64,000 nt of DNA from Candidatus Multivoradales bacterium (GTDB lineage: Bacteria > Acidobacteriota > Thermoanaerobaculia > Multivoradales > J023): NCBI GenBank assembly GCA_965248925.1, contig CBDFLE010000006.1, forward strand, positions 2,624,001-2,688,000, written 5' to 3'. Below the pieces are notes generated by a model, which had not been told where the DNA came from, made no database searches, and worked only from the letters and a program-made list of their open reading frames with translations. Within the stretch, counting starts at the first letter, position 1. Each line of letters starts with the position of its first letter. A program made the position numbers and the translations under genes. Positions 10,300 through 20,505 of this stretch are shown here, piece by piece.

Positions 10300-11324
10300 T
10301 AGCGTAGCGAGACCTTGCGCAGCAACTCCATGTTTTCTAGCACCCGACCAGTGCCCAAAACCACCGAGCACAGCGGGTCGTCGGCCAGCACCACTGGCAG
10401 GCCGGTTTCCTCACGCAGACGCTGGTCGAGGTTGCGGATCAACGCGCCGCCGCCAGACAGCACGATACCTTTGTCCATGATGTCGGCCGAAAGCTCCGGC
10501 GGGGTCCGCTCCAGCGCTTGACGCACCGCCTCGACAATGGCCGATATTGGTTCGGCCAAGGCTTCACGGATCTCGGTGTCCGACAGAGTCAGAGTCTTGG
10601 GTACCCCTTCCACCAGATCGCGACCCTTGATCTCCATGCGGATCTCTTCCTTGAGCGGAAAAGCGGAGCCGATCTCGATTTTGATCTGCTCGGCGGTGCG
10701 TTCACCAATCAACAGGTTGTAGCGTCGTTTGAGGAAGTTGATGATCGCTTCGTCGAGTTCGTTGCCGGCGATCTTCAACGACCGTGAGTAGACTGCTCCG
10801 GCAAGCGAGATCACCGCTACGTCGGTGGTGCCACCGCCGATGTCGACAATCATGTTACCCGAGGGCTCGGTGATCGGTAGCCCAGCACCTATCGCCGCCA
10901 TCATCGCCTGCTCGACCAGAAACACCTCCGACGCACCAGCCTGTTCGGCAGAGTCGCGGACCGCGCGCTTCTCTACCGGGGTGATCTCCGAGGGCACTCC
11001 GATGACGATCCGCGGCCGCACCCAACGGCGGCCACCGTGCGCTTTCGAGATGAAGTATTTGAGCATCTGCTCGGTGATGTCGAAATCGGCGATCACCCCA
11101 TCCTTCATCGGCCGCACCGATTCGATGTTCCCTGGAGTACGCCCGAGCATCTCCTTGGCCTCGGAGCCGACGGCTTCGATTTTGTTGGTAATCCGGTTGA
11201 AGACGACCACCGAGGGCTCGCTGACTACGATGCCACCATTGCGGGTGAAGACAAGCGTGTTGGCGGTGCCGAGATCGATCGCCAGATCGTCCGAGAAATG
11301 TCTGAGAATACTTGGAAATGGCAT
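10299..11324 (-). CDS. mreB: Rod shape-determining actin MreB
   Basis: IDLGTANT, DIGGGTT, LSGGGALI. Confidence 0.98.
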   Translation of the reverse strand: MPFPSILRHFSDDLAIDLGTANTLVFTRNGGIVVSEPSVVVFNRITNKIEAVGSEAKEMLGRTPGNIESVRPMKDGVIADFDITEQMLKYFISKAHGGRRWVRPRIVIGVPSEITPVEKRAVRDSAEQAGASEVFLVEQAMMAAIGAGLPITEPSGNMIVDIGGGTTDVAVISLAGAVYSRSLKIAGNELDEAIINFLKRRYNLLIGERTAEQIKIEIGSAFPLKEEIRMEIKGRDLVEGVPKTLTLSDTEIREALAEPISAIVEAVRQALERTPPELSADIMDKGIVLSGGGALIRNLDQRLREETGLPVVLADDPLCSVVLGTGRVLENMELLRKVSLR

Positions 11325-11352
11325 GTGTTGCTCGCGCCCTGGTGGGCGGCGT

Positions 11353-12786
11353 CTAGAAAGCCTCGGTGAAGACTTCCTGTAGTTTTCGGGTCTCGTTACC
11401 CCAGGTGTCGGTGGCCACGATCTCGACCGAGTCAAGATCTTCCCGGGTCGCTTGAATGGTCAAGCTGAATGAACCGTCGGCTTGGACAGCAACGTTGTTT
11501 CCATTGATCTCCAACCGCGCTCCAGGTTCGGTACGACCGCTAATCAACAGCTTGGCGCCGTAGGGACGGGCTTCGAAGATCTCAAGTTTGGGCGGTGTCC
11601 GATCTTGCTCACGGTCACCACCGCCATGAGCCGCGACGCGAAACGCTCGAGTCTCGCTCCATGGCCCGAAGGCGCCACCGCGGGCGATCGCCGCCACCTG
11701 CCAGAAAAAGCTCCCTTCGCCGCGTATCCCGACCGTCGCCGAAGTCCGTCGTCGACCCCGATCGTCAATGATGTTGCTGGCGAAGAGTGGGCTGGAGGAA
11801 ACCCGCAAAGCATATGATGCCGCCGAGGTAACCGGCCGCCAAGCGAGGTTCAGTTCCTCGTCCTGATCGAGATCGTACTCCTGGTCGCCACTTGGCGCGA
11901 TCAGCTCCGGCGCCGCTGGCAGCGGCCGCAGGTCCGACAGCAGCACCCCCCGCTGCTCGACCTGCTGCAAAGCGCTCAGCTCGCGCTCCTGGCCATTCTC
12001 CGAGATCACCCGCAGTTTGCCGCGGTAGGCGGCGAAACGGGCGACGTCGCGATCTTCGTCAAAGGAAACCAAGGCCTGTGAGCGACTGTCGATTCTCGCT
12101 TGAGCACGAGGTGTGTTGAGAGCACCCGCCGCCTTGGTGGTGCGCAACTCGACGGCGCCGATCACCACATCCGTGATTCGCTCTTCGCCACGCCCCCGAA
12201 CGCTGGAGGGCTGGTCACCTAGATGCACCATCGTGTTCTGCCGCAGGGTGTACACCGAACCATCGACGAACAGAATCTCAGCCTTACCATCTGCACTGGT
12301 CTTGACCCAATCGCCGGGATGCAGACTGATCTGACTGCGGGCTCGTTTCCAAGTGCCGCGGTCTCCTTGGCGAAACTCCACGCCGCCGTGCAAGCTGATC
12401 ATGCGGATCGGGCTCTCGGCATCCGCTTCTCCAACTTCCAACAGCGTCTCGAGGATCGCTGCGCACCGCTGGCCCTTGCTCAGCGCCCGCTGCAACTCAC
12501 CTGCGCCATAGGCGGTGTTAGCTTCGTCGAGCAAGCTCCAAGCCCCCTCTTGCTGACGCCGCAACTCCATGTAGTCTTCGCGTTGTTCGACCTGTCGCAC
12601 CAATCGGCGGGCATGCTGCAAGCCTAGCGAGGCCCGTTCGTCCAAGGTCACCTGCTGCCAACGCAAATATCCCAAATAGGAAACCCCGACCACCAGCAGC
12701 AACGCCCCCAGGGCTAGCAGCCGGCGAACGGTATCCACCGAGACGCTGTACCAGTGCAACTCGGGACGGCGATTGGCCAAACTCAT
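11353..12786 (-). CDS. Membrane-anchored FecR-domain protein with FN3/Ig-like C-terminal domains
   Basis: TM helix; GDWVKTSADGKAEILFVDGSVYTLRQNT (FecR-like); GSFFWQVAA...GPWS (FN3); ISGRTEPGARLEING...ATDTWGN (Ig-like). Confidence 0.7.
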   Translation of the reverse strand: MSLANRRPELHWYSVSVDTVRRLLALGALLLVVGVSYLGYLRWQQVTLDERASLGLQHARRLVRQVEQREDYMELRRQQEGAWSLLDEANTAYGAGELQRALSKGQRCAAILETLLEVGEADAESPIRMISLHGGVEFRQGDRGTWKRARSQISLHPGDWVKTSADGKAEILFVDGSVYTLRQNTMVHLGDQPSSVRGRGEERITDVVIGAVELRTTKAAGALNTPRAQARIDSRSQALVSFDEDRDVARFAAYRGKLRVISENGQERELSALQQVEQRGVLLSDLRPLPAAPELIAPSGDQEYDLDQDEELNLAWRPVTSAASYALRVSSSPLFASNIIDDRGRRRTSATVGIRGEGSFFWQVAAIARGGAFGPWSETRAFRVAAHGGGDREQDRTPPKLEIFEARPYGAKLLISGRTEPGARLEINGNNVAVQADGSFSLTIQATREDLDSVEIVATDTWGNETRKLQEVFTEAF

Positions 12787-13161
12787 TACTCCAAGGCTTA
12801 TATGCATCGCGCTTCGCAACTGCGCGCCTCGTACTGGCGGCGGTGTCGAAAAGCTCTGCGGAAAGACAACCCGGTGTGGTTGCGCCCGCGGCGACCACAC
12901 TGGGTCGTGGTGTTCCTTGAGCCGCAGCAATCACCGGGCAGTGGTGCTCACCGACTAGCGAGGTTCAGGATGATATCTAGTGGCGACTCGATTCGAGCCC
13001 GGAGCCCGCTTCTTCCAAACTCGCAGAATATACCACAAACCACTGCTGGAACAAGGGTTTGTGGCCTTTCTGAACGGTGTCCGACGGGTTGCTCGACAGG
13101 GGTGTCATTGTATAGAGTCGGCAGCCTTGCCGATCCAACCCCGGCACCAAAGGAGAAAGTC

Positions 13162-15132
13162 ATGGCTCTCAGGTGGATGCGCGACCAAATGAAGTATCTG
13201 AAATGGGTTCTCGGACTCGTGATCTTCCTCTTCGTCGCCTGGTTGTTCTTCGACTATGCGGGCGTCAACAGTATGCAGCAGGATACTCGCCGGTCTGCCG
13301 CTACGGTGGGCGGCGAGGAGATCAGCTTTGCTGAATTCCAGCGTGAGTACAACAATCAGGAAGCTCGTCTGCGGCAAGCATTCGGCGACAATTTCAATCG
13401 TGATTTGGCCCGCCAGTTCAACTTGCCCAAACAGGCTATCGATCAGCTGATCAATCGGCGGATCCTGTTGCTCGAGGCACGGCAGTTGGGGTTGCGTGCC
13501 ACCGACGGTGAGATTCAGGAGGCGATTCTCCAGGAGCCGGTGTTCAACGACGAAGACGGCAACTTCGTCGGCTTCGACGACTACCGCAACATCTTGCGCC
13601 GGGCGCGTCTGAACGAAGCCGACTTCGAACGCTCGGTGAGCGAGGGCGTGCTGCTGAGTAAGCTACGCACAGTGCTGGCGGAGACCATCTACGTCTCCGA
13701 CCCGGAGATCGAGCAAGCCTTCCGTGATACTGCTGAGCGGGCCAAAGTGCGCTTCGTCCAGCTACCTTCGAGCGCTCTCGGCGATAGGGTCGACAGCGCC
13801 AGCCTGACCGTCACTCAAGAAGAGTTGGCGTCCTACTTTGCCGACCATCAGGACACCTACGAATTGCCCGAACGTCGGGTGGTCGACTATTTGTTGATCG
13901 ATCTGGTGCAGCTGCGCCGCGAGCTTGAGATTCCCGACCCGGAGATGCTCGCCTACTACGACGACAACAGCAGCGACTTCGAGAGTCAAGAGAAGGTCAA
14001 AGCGCGGCACATCCTGATCAAGGCCAACAGCGAAGCAGAGGTCGCGGACGCCGAGGCTAAGGTGGCCGACATCCGCCGGCGGATCGAGGCAGGTGAAGAC
14101 TTCGCCCAGCTGGCCGGGGATTTGTCGGAAGACGAAGTCAGCGCCGCCAAGGGTGGCGACCTGGGCTTCTTTGCCCGCGAGTTGATGGTTAAGCCGTTTG
14201 CCGATGCCGCTTTTGACGCCGCCATCGGCGAGTTGGTTGGACCGGTCAAGAGCGAGTATGGCTTCCACTTGATCGAGGTCACCGAGCGGCAGGAGGGTGG
14301 CGTACAACCCTTCGAGCAGGTTCGCGGCCAGATCCGCAGTCGGCTCGTCAGCTCCCGCGGCAATGAACTCGCCGAGACCACGGCCAAAGAGGTAGAGGCG
14401 CGGATTGCCAGCGAGAATTTGGGCACCGCAGAAGGTTTGCGCCAGTTGGCCGAGGAAGGCCAGGGCCTGAGCTTCGAAACCAGCCAACCTTTTGGCGACA
14501 GCGACATCGTTGCCGGTATCGGCCGCTCTGCGGACTTTAACGCCGCCGCCTTCGAGTTGGCGGCGGACGGCATCTCCGAGCCGATTCAGATTCCCCGTGG
14601 GTGGGTGATCCTGCGCTTACGCGAGGTGCAGGCACCACGAGTGCAGGAGCTGAGCGAGGTCGAGACCGAGGTTCGCCGAGCCGCCGAATTGCAGAAGAAA
14701 ACGGCTGCCGCGCAGCAGCTGTTGGCCGCCTCCAAAGACGCCATCGACGCGGGAGAGCAGAATTTCGACGAGGTTGCCGAAGAGCTTGGTCTGGAGATCC
14801 AGGAATCCACCGAGTTCGCCCGCAGCGATGCAATCGCCGGCCTGGGTCGCAACCAGCAGATCATCGACGCCGCTTTGGCTGCCGAAGTGGGCAACCTGGC
14901 GGGTCCTTTTGAAACCGACGCCGGCGCCGTGCTGGTAGAGGTTGTCGAGCGGCAGAAGTTCGAAGCGGCCGCCTTCGAGGAAGCCAGAGAGGCCACCCGG
15001 CTCAGCGAAGAAAGCCGGCGGCTAAACGAGGTGCTGAGTTCCGTCGTCGAGCTACGCCGCCGGGACCTCAAGCCATACTACGATCCGTCAGTGTTCGAGA
15101 ACTTCGGCCTCGACGCCCCCGGAGCTAGTTGA
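13162..15132 (+). CDS. ppiD: PpiD-type periplasmic chaperone (SurA N-domain plus parvulin)
   Basis: AAGGAG RBS; N-terminal TM; ARHILI, GGDLGFF, GPVKSEYGFHLI. Confidence 0.85.
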   Translation: MALRWMRDQMKYLKWVLGLVIFLFVAWLFFDYAGVNSMQQDTRRSAATVGGEEISFAEFQREYNNQEARLRQAFGDNFNRDLARQFNLPKQAIDQLINRRILLLEARQLGLRATDGEIQEAILQEPVFNDEDGNFVGFDDYRNILRRARLNEADFERSVSEGVLLSKLRTVLAETIYVSDPEIEQAFRDTAERAKVRFVQLPSSALGDRVDSASLTVTQEELASYFADHQDTYELPERRVVDYLLIDLVQLRRELEIPDPEMLAYYDDNSSDFESQEKVKARHILIKANSEAEVADAEAKVADIRRRIEAGEDFAQLAGDLSEDEVSAAKGGDLGFFARELMVKPFADAAFDAAIGELVGPVKSEYGFHLIEVTERQEGGVQPFEQVRGQIRSRLVSSRGNELAETTAKEVEARIASENLGTAEGLRQLAEEGQGLSFETSQPFGDSDIVAGIGRSADFNAAAFELAADGISEPIQIPRGWVILRLREVQAPRVQELSEVETEVRRAAELQKKTAAAQQLLAASKDAIDAGEQNFDEVAEELGLEIQESTEFARSDAIAGLGRNQQIIDAALAAEVGNLAGPFETDAGAVLVEVVERQKFEAAAFEEAREATRLSEESRRLNEVLSSVVELRRRDLKPYYDPSVFENFGLDAPGAS

Positions 15133-15157
15133 GTAGCTGGCCCAGAGGCCGATAGCA

Positions 15158-15748
15158 ATGATCGGTTATCTGCGTGGCAAGCTCCTCGAGCTCGAACCCA
15201 GCCGGGCGCTGGTGGACGTTGGCGGCGTCGGCTACCAGGTGCAGATTCCGCTCTCGACCTTCTATGAGCTGCAAAAGCAGGCGGAGGGCAGCGAGGTCGC
15301 CCTGCGGATCTTCACCCAGGTGCGGGAAGACACCTTGGCCCTCTTCGGTTTCTCGACCCGGCGTGAAAAGGCGCTGTTCGAGAAGCTACTGGCGGTCTCG
15401 GGAATCGGTCCAAAGCTGGCTCAGGCGGTGCTTTCGGGCATGCCGCCCGGCGACTTGGCCAGCGCCCTGGCCACTGGCGACGTGCGCCGCTTGAACTCCA
15501 TTCCGGGGGTCGGCAAGAAGACCGCTGAGCGCATGGTGCTGGAACTCAAAGACAAGGTGCAGGATCTCGCCGCCGATCTACCCGCCAAGCTGTCCTCGGG
15601 CGACGGCGACCTGGTCGAAGCGTTGGTCAACCTGGGCTACCGCCGCCGCAACGCCGAGTCCGCCGTCTCGCTGACCACCCGCGAACACACCGGCAAACCC
15701 TTCGCCGACCTGTTGCGACTCAGCCTGCAGAGACTGTCGAAAATCTGA
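15158..15748 (+). CDS. ruvA: Holliday junction branch migration protein RuvA
   Basis: MIGYLRG, VGGVGY, VSGIGPKLA, IPGVGKKTAERMVLELKDK. Confidence 0.97.
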   Translation: MIGYLRGKLLELEPSRALVDVGGVGYQVQIPLSTFYELQKQAEGSEVALRIFTQVREDTLALFGFSTRREKALFEKLLAVSGIGPKLAQAVLSGMPPGDLASALATGDVRRLNSIPGVGKKTAERMVLELKDKVQDLAADLPAKLSSGDGDLVEALVNLGYRRRNAESAVSLTTREHTGKPFADLLRLSLQRLSKI

Positions 15749-15799
15749 CCGGGTCGTCCACCAAGCGCGGCCACCTTTGGCAAACAGCCAGAATCAGGA

Positions 15800-16228
15800 T
15801 CAGGACGCCGGCCCTGAGAGATCGTCCACCGACAGCAGCATTTGGCGGGCCGCATGGCACTGTTGACGATCGGCTGAGAGAAAGAGGTCACAGTGAGACT
15901 CCATCGCTGAGGCAACGTGGATTGCGTCCATTGCCCGCAGACGTTCCGCTTCCAAACATTGAGTGGTGGATCGCAAGACAGCAGGAGTCAGCGTGATCAC
16001 GCTAGCCTGATCGATATCTGCCGCAAACTCCTGCTTGAGATGCCTGTAGTGGTGAGCCGACAGCAGACCTTCGCGCCGCAATCGATTGAACCCCGAAAGT
16101 ACCTCCGGAACGCAGATCACACTGAGAAGTATCTCTTTCGCCTCACGACACCTAGCCGCTACGGCCTCGCTTCCCAACTCACGCACGTAACGCTTGGCCA
16201 GGGCAGAGGAGTCCAAAAAAACGCGCAT
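15800..16228 (-). CDS. vapC: VapC-like PIN-domain toxin
   Basis: FLDSSALAKRY...E...LRAMDAIHVASA...FLSAD acidic PIN motif. Confidence 0.92.
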   Translation of the reverse strand: MRVFLDSSALAKRYVRELGSEAVAARCREAKEILLSVICVPEVLSGFNRLRREGLLSAHHYRHLKQEFAADIDQASVITLTPAVLRSTTQCLEAERLRAMDAIHVASAMESHCDLFLSADRQQCHAARQMLLSVDDLSGPAS

Positions 16229-16449
16229 CAGCGTTCGTGCCGATCCGCGAGTATCGCCGCGCTGAGCGATACCTTACCGTCCAACTCCAAAGGCTCGGAA
16301 GTTCGCCAGCGATCACCGCGACGCCGAATAGGAACTAGCAGGGCAATCGGCTTGCCGTGACGATAGACCTCTAACTCATCGCCTCTCTCGACTTCATCGA
16401 AGTACTTCTTCGCGTGGTTACGCAAATCCGTGAAGGTCACGGTCTTGAT
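16228..16449 (-). CDS. Phd/YefM-family antitoxin with an ATC codon at the expected start
   Basis: (I)KTVTFTDLRNHAKKYFDEVERGDELEVYRHGKPIALLVP; GGAGG lies 6 nt before ATC; stop overlaps the vapC start. Confidence 0.88.
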   Translation of the reverse strand: MKTVTFTDLRNHAKKYFDEVERGDELEVYRHGKPIALLVPIRRRGDRWRTSEPLELDGKVSLSAAILADRHER

Positions 16450-16617
16450 GGCTCACCTCCAGGTTGTGACATGGTTTCGTACAGTATCATGTTTATCACT
16501 GAGCCGAATCTGTGTCGATCCGTAACGATCTGCGTTGGCGCCTAACAACGACCTGAAAGAAAACCTGCTCGCGAAAGTCTGAGAGGCCAGCCCGCGGCTT
16601 GCCCCGCGGCGGGTAGA

Positions 16618-17655
16618 ATGCCGCTCATGTTCAGTGACGACTCGCGCATTCTGTCTGGCGATCCGCTGGAGGAAGAACTCGGTTTCGAGCCCACCCTGCG
16701 GCCGCAACAGCTCGACGAGTACGTTGGCCAACGCCGCGTGGTCAACAACCTGAAGGTGGCGATTCAAGCCGCCAAACAGCGCGGCGAATGCCTCGACCAT
16801 GTGTTGTTCTTCGGCCCGCCGGGGCTCGGCAAGACCACCCTGGCCCACATCCTCGGCCAAGAGATGGGCTCGCATGTGCGCACCACCAGCGGTCCGGTGC
16901 TGGAGAAGGCCGGTGATCTGGCAGCGATCCTGACCAACCTGGAGCCCGACGAGATCCTCTTCATCGACGAGATCCACCGCCTCGGCCCGACGGTTGAAGA
17001 GATCCTCTATCCGGCGGTGGAGGATTTCCGCCTCGATCTGGTGATCGGTCAGGGCCCGGCAGCACGCACCATGGAGATTCCGCTACCCCGCTTCACCCTG
17101 ATTGGCGCCACTACCCGCGCTGGGCTGATCACCAAGCCGTTGCACGCCCGCTTCGGCATTGTCCATCGATTGGATTTCTACTCCCCCGAAGACTTGGCGC
17201 GGATCGTTGTTCGCTCGGCCAAATTGCTCGATGTCGAGGTCGACGCGGCCGGTGCCCGTGAGTTGGCCCGCCGCAGCCGCGGTACACCGCGCATCGCCAA
17301 CCGCCTGCTCAGGCGGGTGCGCGACTTCGCCGAAGTCGAGGCCGATGGCCGGATCGATCTCGATACCGCGCGTGGTGCGCTGGCGCTACTCGAAGTCGAT
17401 GAATATGGCTTTGATGAAGTCGATCGCCGCATCCTCGGCACCCTGATCGAGCACTACTCGGGAGGGCCGGCGGGCATCCGGGCACTGGCCGCGGCGATCG
17501 GTGAAGATCGGGGCACCATCGAAGACCTCTATGAGCCCTTTCTGATCCAAGAAGGTTTCTTGCAGCGCACTCCCCAGGGACGGGTCGCCACCCATCGCGC
17601 CTATAAACACCTGGGCTACAAATCGCCACCCGGCACTAGCGGTAGCTTATTCTGA
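16618..17655 (+). CDS. ruvB: Holliday junction DNA helicase RuvB
   Basis: [47 protein letters not shown]. Confidence 0.98.
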   Translation: MPLMFSDDSRILSGDPLEEELGFEPTLRPQQLDEYVGQRRVVNNLKVAIQAAKQRGECLDHVLFFGPPGLGKTTLAHILGQEMGSHVRTTSGPVLEKAGDLAAILTNLEPDEILFIDEIHRLGPTVEEILYPAVEDFRLDLVIGQGPAARTMEIPLPRFTLIGATTRAGLITKPLHARFGIVHRLDFYSPEDLARIVVRSAKLLDVEVDAAGARELARRSRGTPRIANRLLRRVRDFAEVEADGRIDLDTARGALALLEVDEYGFDEVDRRILGTLIEHYSGGPAGIRALAAAIGEDRGTIEDLYEPFLIQEGFLQRTPQGRVATHRAYKHLGYKSPPGTSGSLF

Positions 17656-17666
17656 GCCCGCCCACC

Positions 17667-18548
17667 GTGCGACCCGCCACGCTGATCTACAACCCAAAGT
17701 CAGGCCGCTGGTTGGCCGAGAACCAGCTAGCCGAGATTGTCGAGCTGCTGCGCGACGCCGGTTGGAGCACCGAGCCCCACCCTACCCGTGGCCCCGGCGA
17801 CGCCACCCTCCTGGCGCGGCAGGCGGCAACAGACGGCGCCGGGGTGGTGTTCGCGGTCGGTGGCGACGGGACTTTGCGCGAAGTAGCCAAAGGACTGCTC
17901 GGCACTAGCACTGCTCTGGGGCCATTGCCAGCGGGCACCACCAACGTCCTCGCCTACGAACTCGGCATCCCGCGTCAACCGCTCGCCGCGGCGGCAGCGA
18001 TGAAAGACGCCCAATCCAAGCTGTTCGACGTCGGGCTCTGCGGTGACGAACCTTTCTTGATGATGACCTCGGCTGGACTCGACGCCGAAGTGATGGCGAT
18101 GCCAAACAGCGCTCTAAAACGGCGCTTCGGCCCCGCCGCGATCGCCTGGACCGGTTTGCGCCGGGCTCTGACCTACGGCTATCCCGAGATCGAGGTCCAC
18201 ACCGACGCTGGCGAGACCCTGCGCGGCAGCCTGGTGGTGGTGGCCAACATCTCTCGCTTCGGCGGCCCTTTCAAGATCGCCCCCAATGCACTGCCTAACG
18301 ACGGCGAACTCGATCTGGTGGTCTTCGAAGGCAGTGGTTTTCTTGCCACCGCCGCCTTCGTCGGCAAGGTCCTCGCCCGCCGCCACACTCGCAGCCAACG
18401 GGTACAGACCCGCCGCATCCGCCAAGCCGAGCTACGCCTGAGCGGCGGGGCTCGCTTGCAGATCGATGGAGATACCCAAGCGTCGGCAGCGGTGGTGCGG
18501 ATTCGATTGGCCTCGCGACAGCTACCTATTTTGACGATCTCTCGCTAG
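17667..18548 (+). CDS. YegS/BmrU-like diacylglycerol/lipid kinase family protein
   Basis: IYNPKSG, VGGDGT, LPAGTTN, QIDGD. Confidence 0.9.
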   Translation: MRPATLIYNPKSGRWLAENQLAEIVELLRDAGWSTEPHPTRGPGDATLLARQAATDGAGVVFAVGGDGTLREVAKGLLGTSTALGPLPAGTTNVLAYELGIPRQPLAAAAAMKDAQSKLFDVGLCGDEPFLMMTSAGLDAEVMAMPNSALKRRFGPAAIAWTGLRRALTYGYPEIEVHTDAGETLRGSLVVVANISRFGGPFKIAPNALPNDGELDLVVFEGSGFLATAAFVGKVLARRHTRSQRVQTRRIRQAELRLSGGARLQIDGDTQASAAVVRIRLASRQLPILTISR

Positions 18549-18773
18549 TCGAGGCTCGGATTTGGGTAGCCTAGACATTCCAATGTCCTAGATTGTCGCA
18601 AGAACAAACCTCGTGATGCTCTTGTTTGTCGAAACAGGAGACCATGCCCCTGTTCTCTAGATCGAAGTCATGATGATGAAGGTCACGACGGCAAGAGGAG
18701 CAAAGTGGCAAGGGAAGCGAACAGCTCGCGCCACGGACCAGGGCGTGGCCGACCGCGCCACGTCCTAGGTGGC

Positions 18774-20345
18774 TCACCCCATGCGCATGAAGTGCCAGCG
18801 CAGCTCGCGGGGGAAAGGTTGGAAGACCTCCGCCCGGACTTGCGGGTCGAATTCGCGCAAGATAGAGGAGATGTGCTGACCACGAGCCGCCCGTTCGAGC
18901 GCTTCGGCGGCATTGGAACCAGCGCGGGTAATGTAGGTCTGCCAGATTGCCTGCCGTGGCGGCATAGTGGTCATCGAAACGTTGGGCAAGTGGGCAACCC
19001 CCCTCTTGAGCCAGGAGAGTTTGCTCTTGAGTGAGCGCTCATCTTCCATCGGCTCCCGCTGCCAAGGGGTGTAGGGCTTCGGAATCAGCAGGTTGACGCC
19101 GAGTTGGATGTGGCCGATCTTGCCGGTTTTCTTGGCTTTGGCGAGCATCAGGGAGCGGCATTCGACCGCCAGATCAAGAATTGCCTGAACGTCTTCGTCT
19201 GTCTCCTCGGGCAGACCGATGATGAAGTACAACTTGAGCTGGCTCATGCCACTGTCAAAGATCAGCTTGACCTTCTCTAGCAGGAAGGCGTTGCTGATCG
19301 GCTTGTTCATTTTTCGCCGCAACTCGTCGCTGCCGGTCTCGGGCGCCAAAGTGATCGAGCGAGCACCGCTGGCGTAGAGCGGTTCGAGCACTTTCTCGGT
19401 GACCGCTGGAATGCGGATCGACGACACCGAGGTACGAAATCCCTGCTGCTGGGCAGCGGTCAAGATTCGACCGATCTCCGGGTGATCGCCCACCGCGGTG
19501 GCGACGAAACCCACCTGGTCGGTTACCGAGCGGGCGCGTTCCAAGGAGCTCAGGATGTAGTCGGTCGGATGCCAGCGGAACTTGCCCATGCCGAAGGTCG
19601 CCCAACAATAACGGCATTTCTCGGGACAGCCGCGGGACATCTCGATCAAGAACTTCTCGCTGAACTCGGTGCGCGGAGTGATGATGCAGCTGGTCGGCAG
19701 ATGACCGGGCTGGCGCAGCTGCTCAGCGGTGAGTTCGAGCTTGCGCAACTTGGGCAGCTCGCCACCACCTTCCGGGTCGTGGTGCGCTGGAATGTAGAAG
19801 CCATCGCGCTCGGCCAGGCGCTCGAGCACAGCTTCGCGGGAGGCTTCCTCGGCCAATGCCGGCAGTAGATCGCCGAGCACGTTCTCCGCCGCGCCGAGGG
19901 TGAAGACATCGACAAACGCCGACATCGGTAGCGGGTTGATCGCCGCGCAAGAGCCGCCCATGACGATCACCGGGTCCCACGGTCGGCGCTGCTCCCGTCG
20001 CAAGGGAATGCCAGCCCGATCGAGCAGCTGCAGCAGACCCACGTAGTCTTCTTCGAACGACACTGAGAATGCGACGCAGCCGTAATCGCTCAGCAGGCTG
20101 CCGGTCTCGACCGAACGCGGCGGTCCGGAACCGTCGCTAAAGAAGCGCTGGCAAGCCCATTCTGGCGTGTCGTGCACCAACTCATAGGTGCGTTGGAAGC
20201 CGAGGCTCGACATGCCAACCGCGTAGGTGTTGGCATAGGCCAACGCCAACCGAAACGGCGCATGGGGTGAAAACGGCCGTACTGGTCGTTCCAGGCGGCG
20301 GATCTCGTCCCAATCTGCGGGCTGGTTTAGTTTCTTCTTGGCCAT
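18774..20345 (-). CDS. Radical SAM protein with a B12-binding-like N-terminus
   Basis: SRGCPEKCRYC (CxxxCxxC); YANTYAVGMSSLGFQ; TLAPETGS; LKLYFIIGLPEET. Confidence 0.88.
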   Translation of the reverse strand: MAKKKLNQPADWDEIRRLERPVRPFSPHAPFRLALAYANTYAVGMSSLGFQRTYELVHDTPEWACQRFFSDGSGPPRSVETGSLLSDYGCVAFSVSFEEDYVGLLQLLDRAGIPLRREQRRPWDPVIVMGGSCAAINPLPMSAFVDVFTLGAAENVLGDLLPALAEEASREAVLERLAERDGFYIPAHHDPEGGGELPKLRKLELTAEQLRQPGHLPTSCIITPRTEFSEKFLIEMSRGCPEKCRYCWATFGMGKFRWHPTDYILSSLERARSVTDQVGFVATAVGDHPEIGRILTAAQQQGFRTSVSSIRIPAVTEKVLEPLYASGARSITLAPETGSDELRRKMNKPISNAFLLEKVKLIFDSGMSQLKLYFIIGLPEETDEDVQAILDLAVECRSLMLAKAKKTGKIGHIQLGVNLLIPKPYTPWQREPMEDERSLKSKLSWLKRGVAHLPNVSMTTMPPRQAIWQTYITRAGSNAAEALERAARGQHISSILREFDPQVRAEVFQPFPRELRWHFMRMG

Positions 20346-20403
20346 GGCTCTGAAAGGTGCTGCGCTCGGAGCGGGACGCTCCAGGACACCCCACTTTACA
20401 AGA

Positions 20404-20462
20404 TCGCAGGTCGGAGTCGCAGGTCGGAGTCGCAGTTCAGAGTTGCAGTTCGGAGTCGCAGG
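20404..20462. repeat. 13-bp tandem repeat TCGCAG(G/T)TCGGAG, about 4.5 copies
   Basis: tcgcaggtcggag x2, tcgcagttcagag, ttgcagttcggag, tcgcagg; in the divergent region between the radical SAM gene and thrB. Confidence 0.9.
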
Positions 20463-20505
20463 ATCGCGTCACCGCAAGGCGTCGGATGCAATATGATTCG
20501 CCGCC

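Noticed and set aside
18549-18773. Small ORF or ncRNA between convergent genes
   Set aside because: The RBS-ATG gives only 9 codons and the hairpins are imperfect
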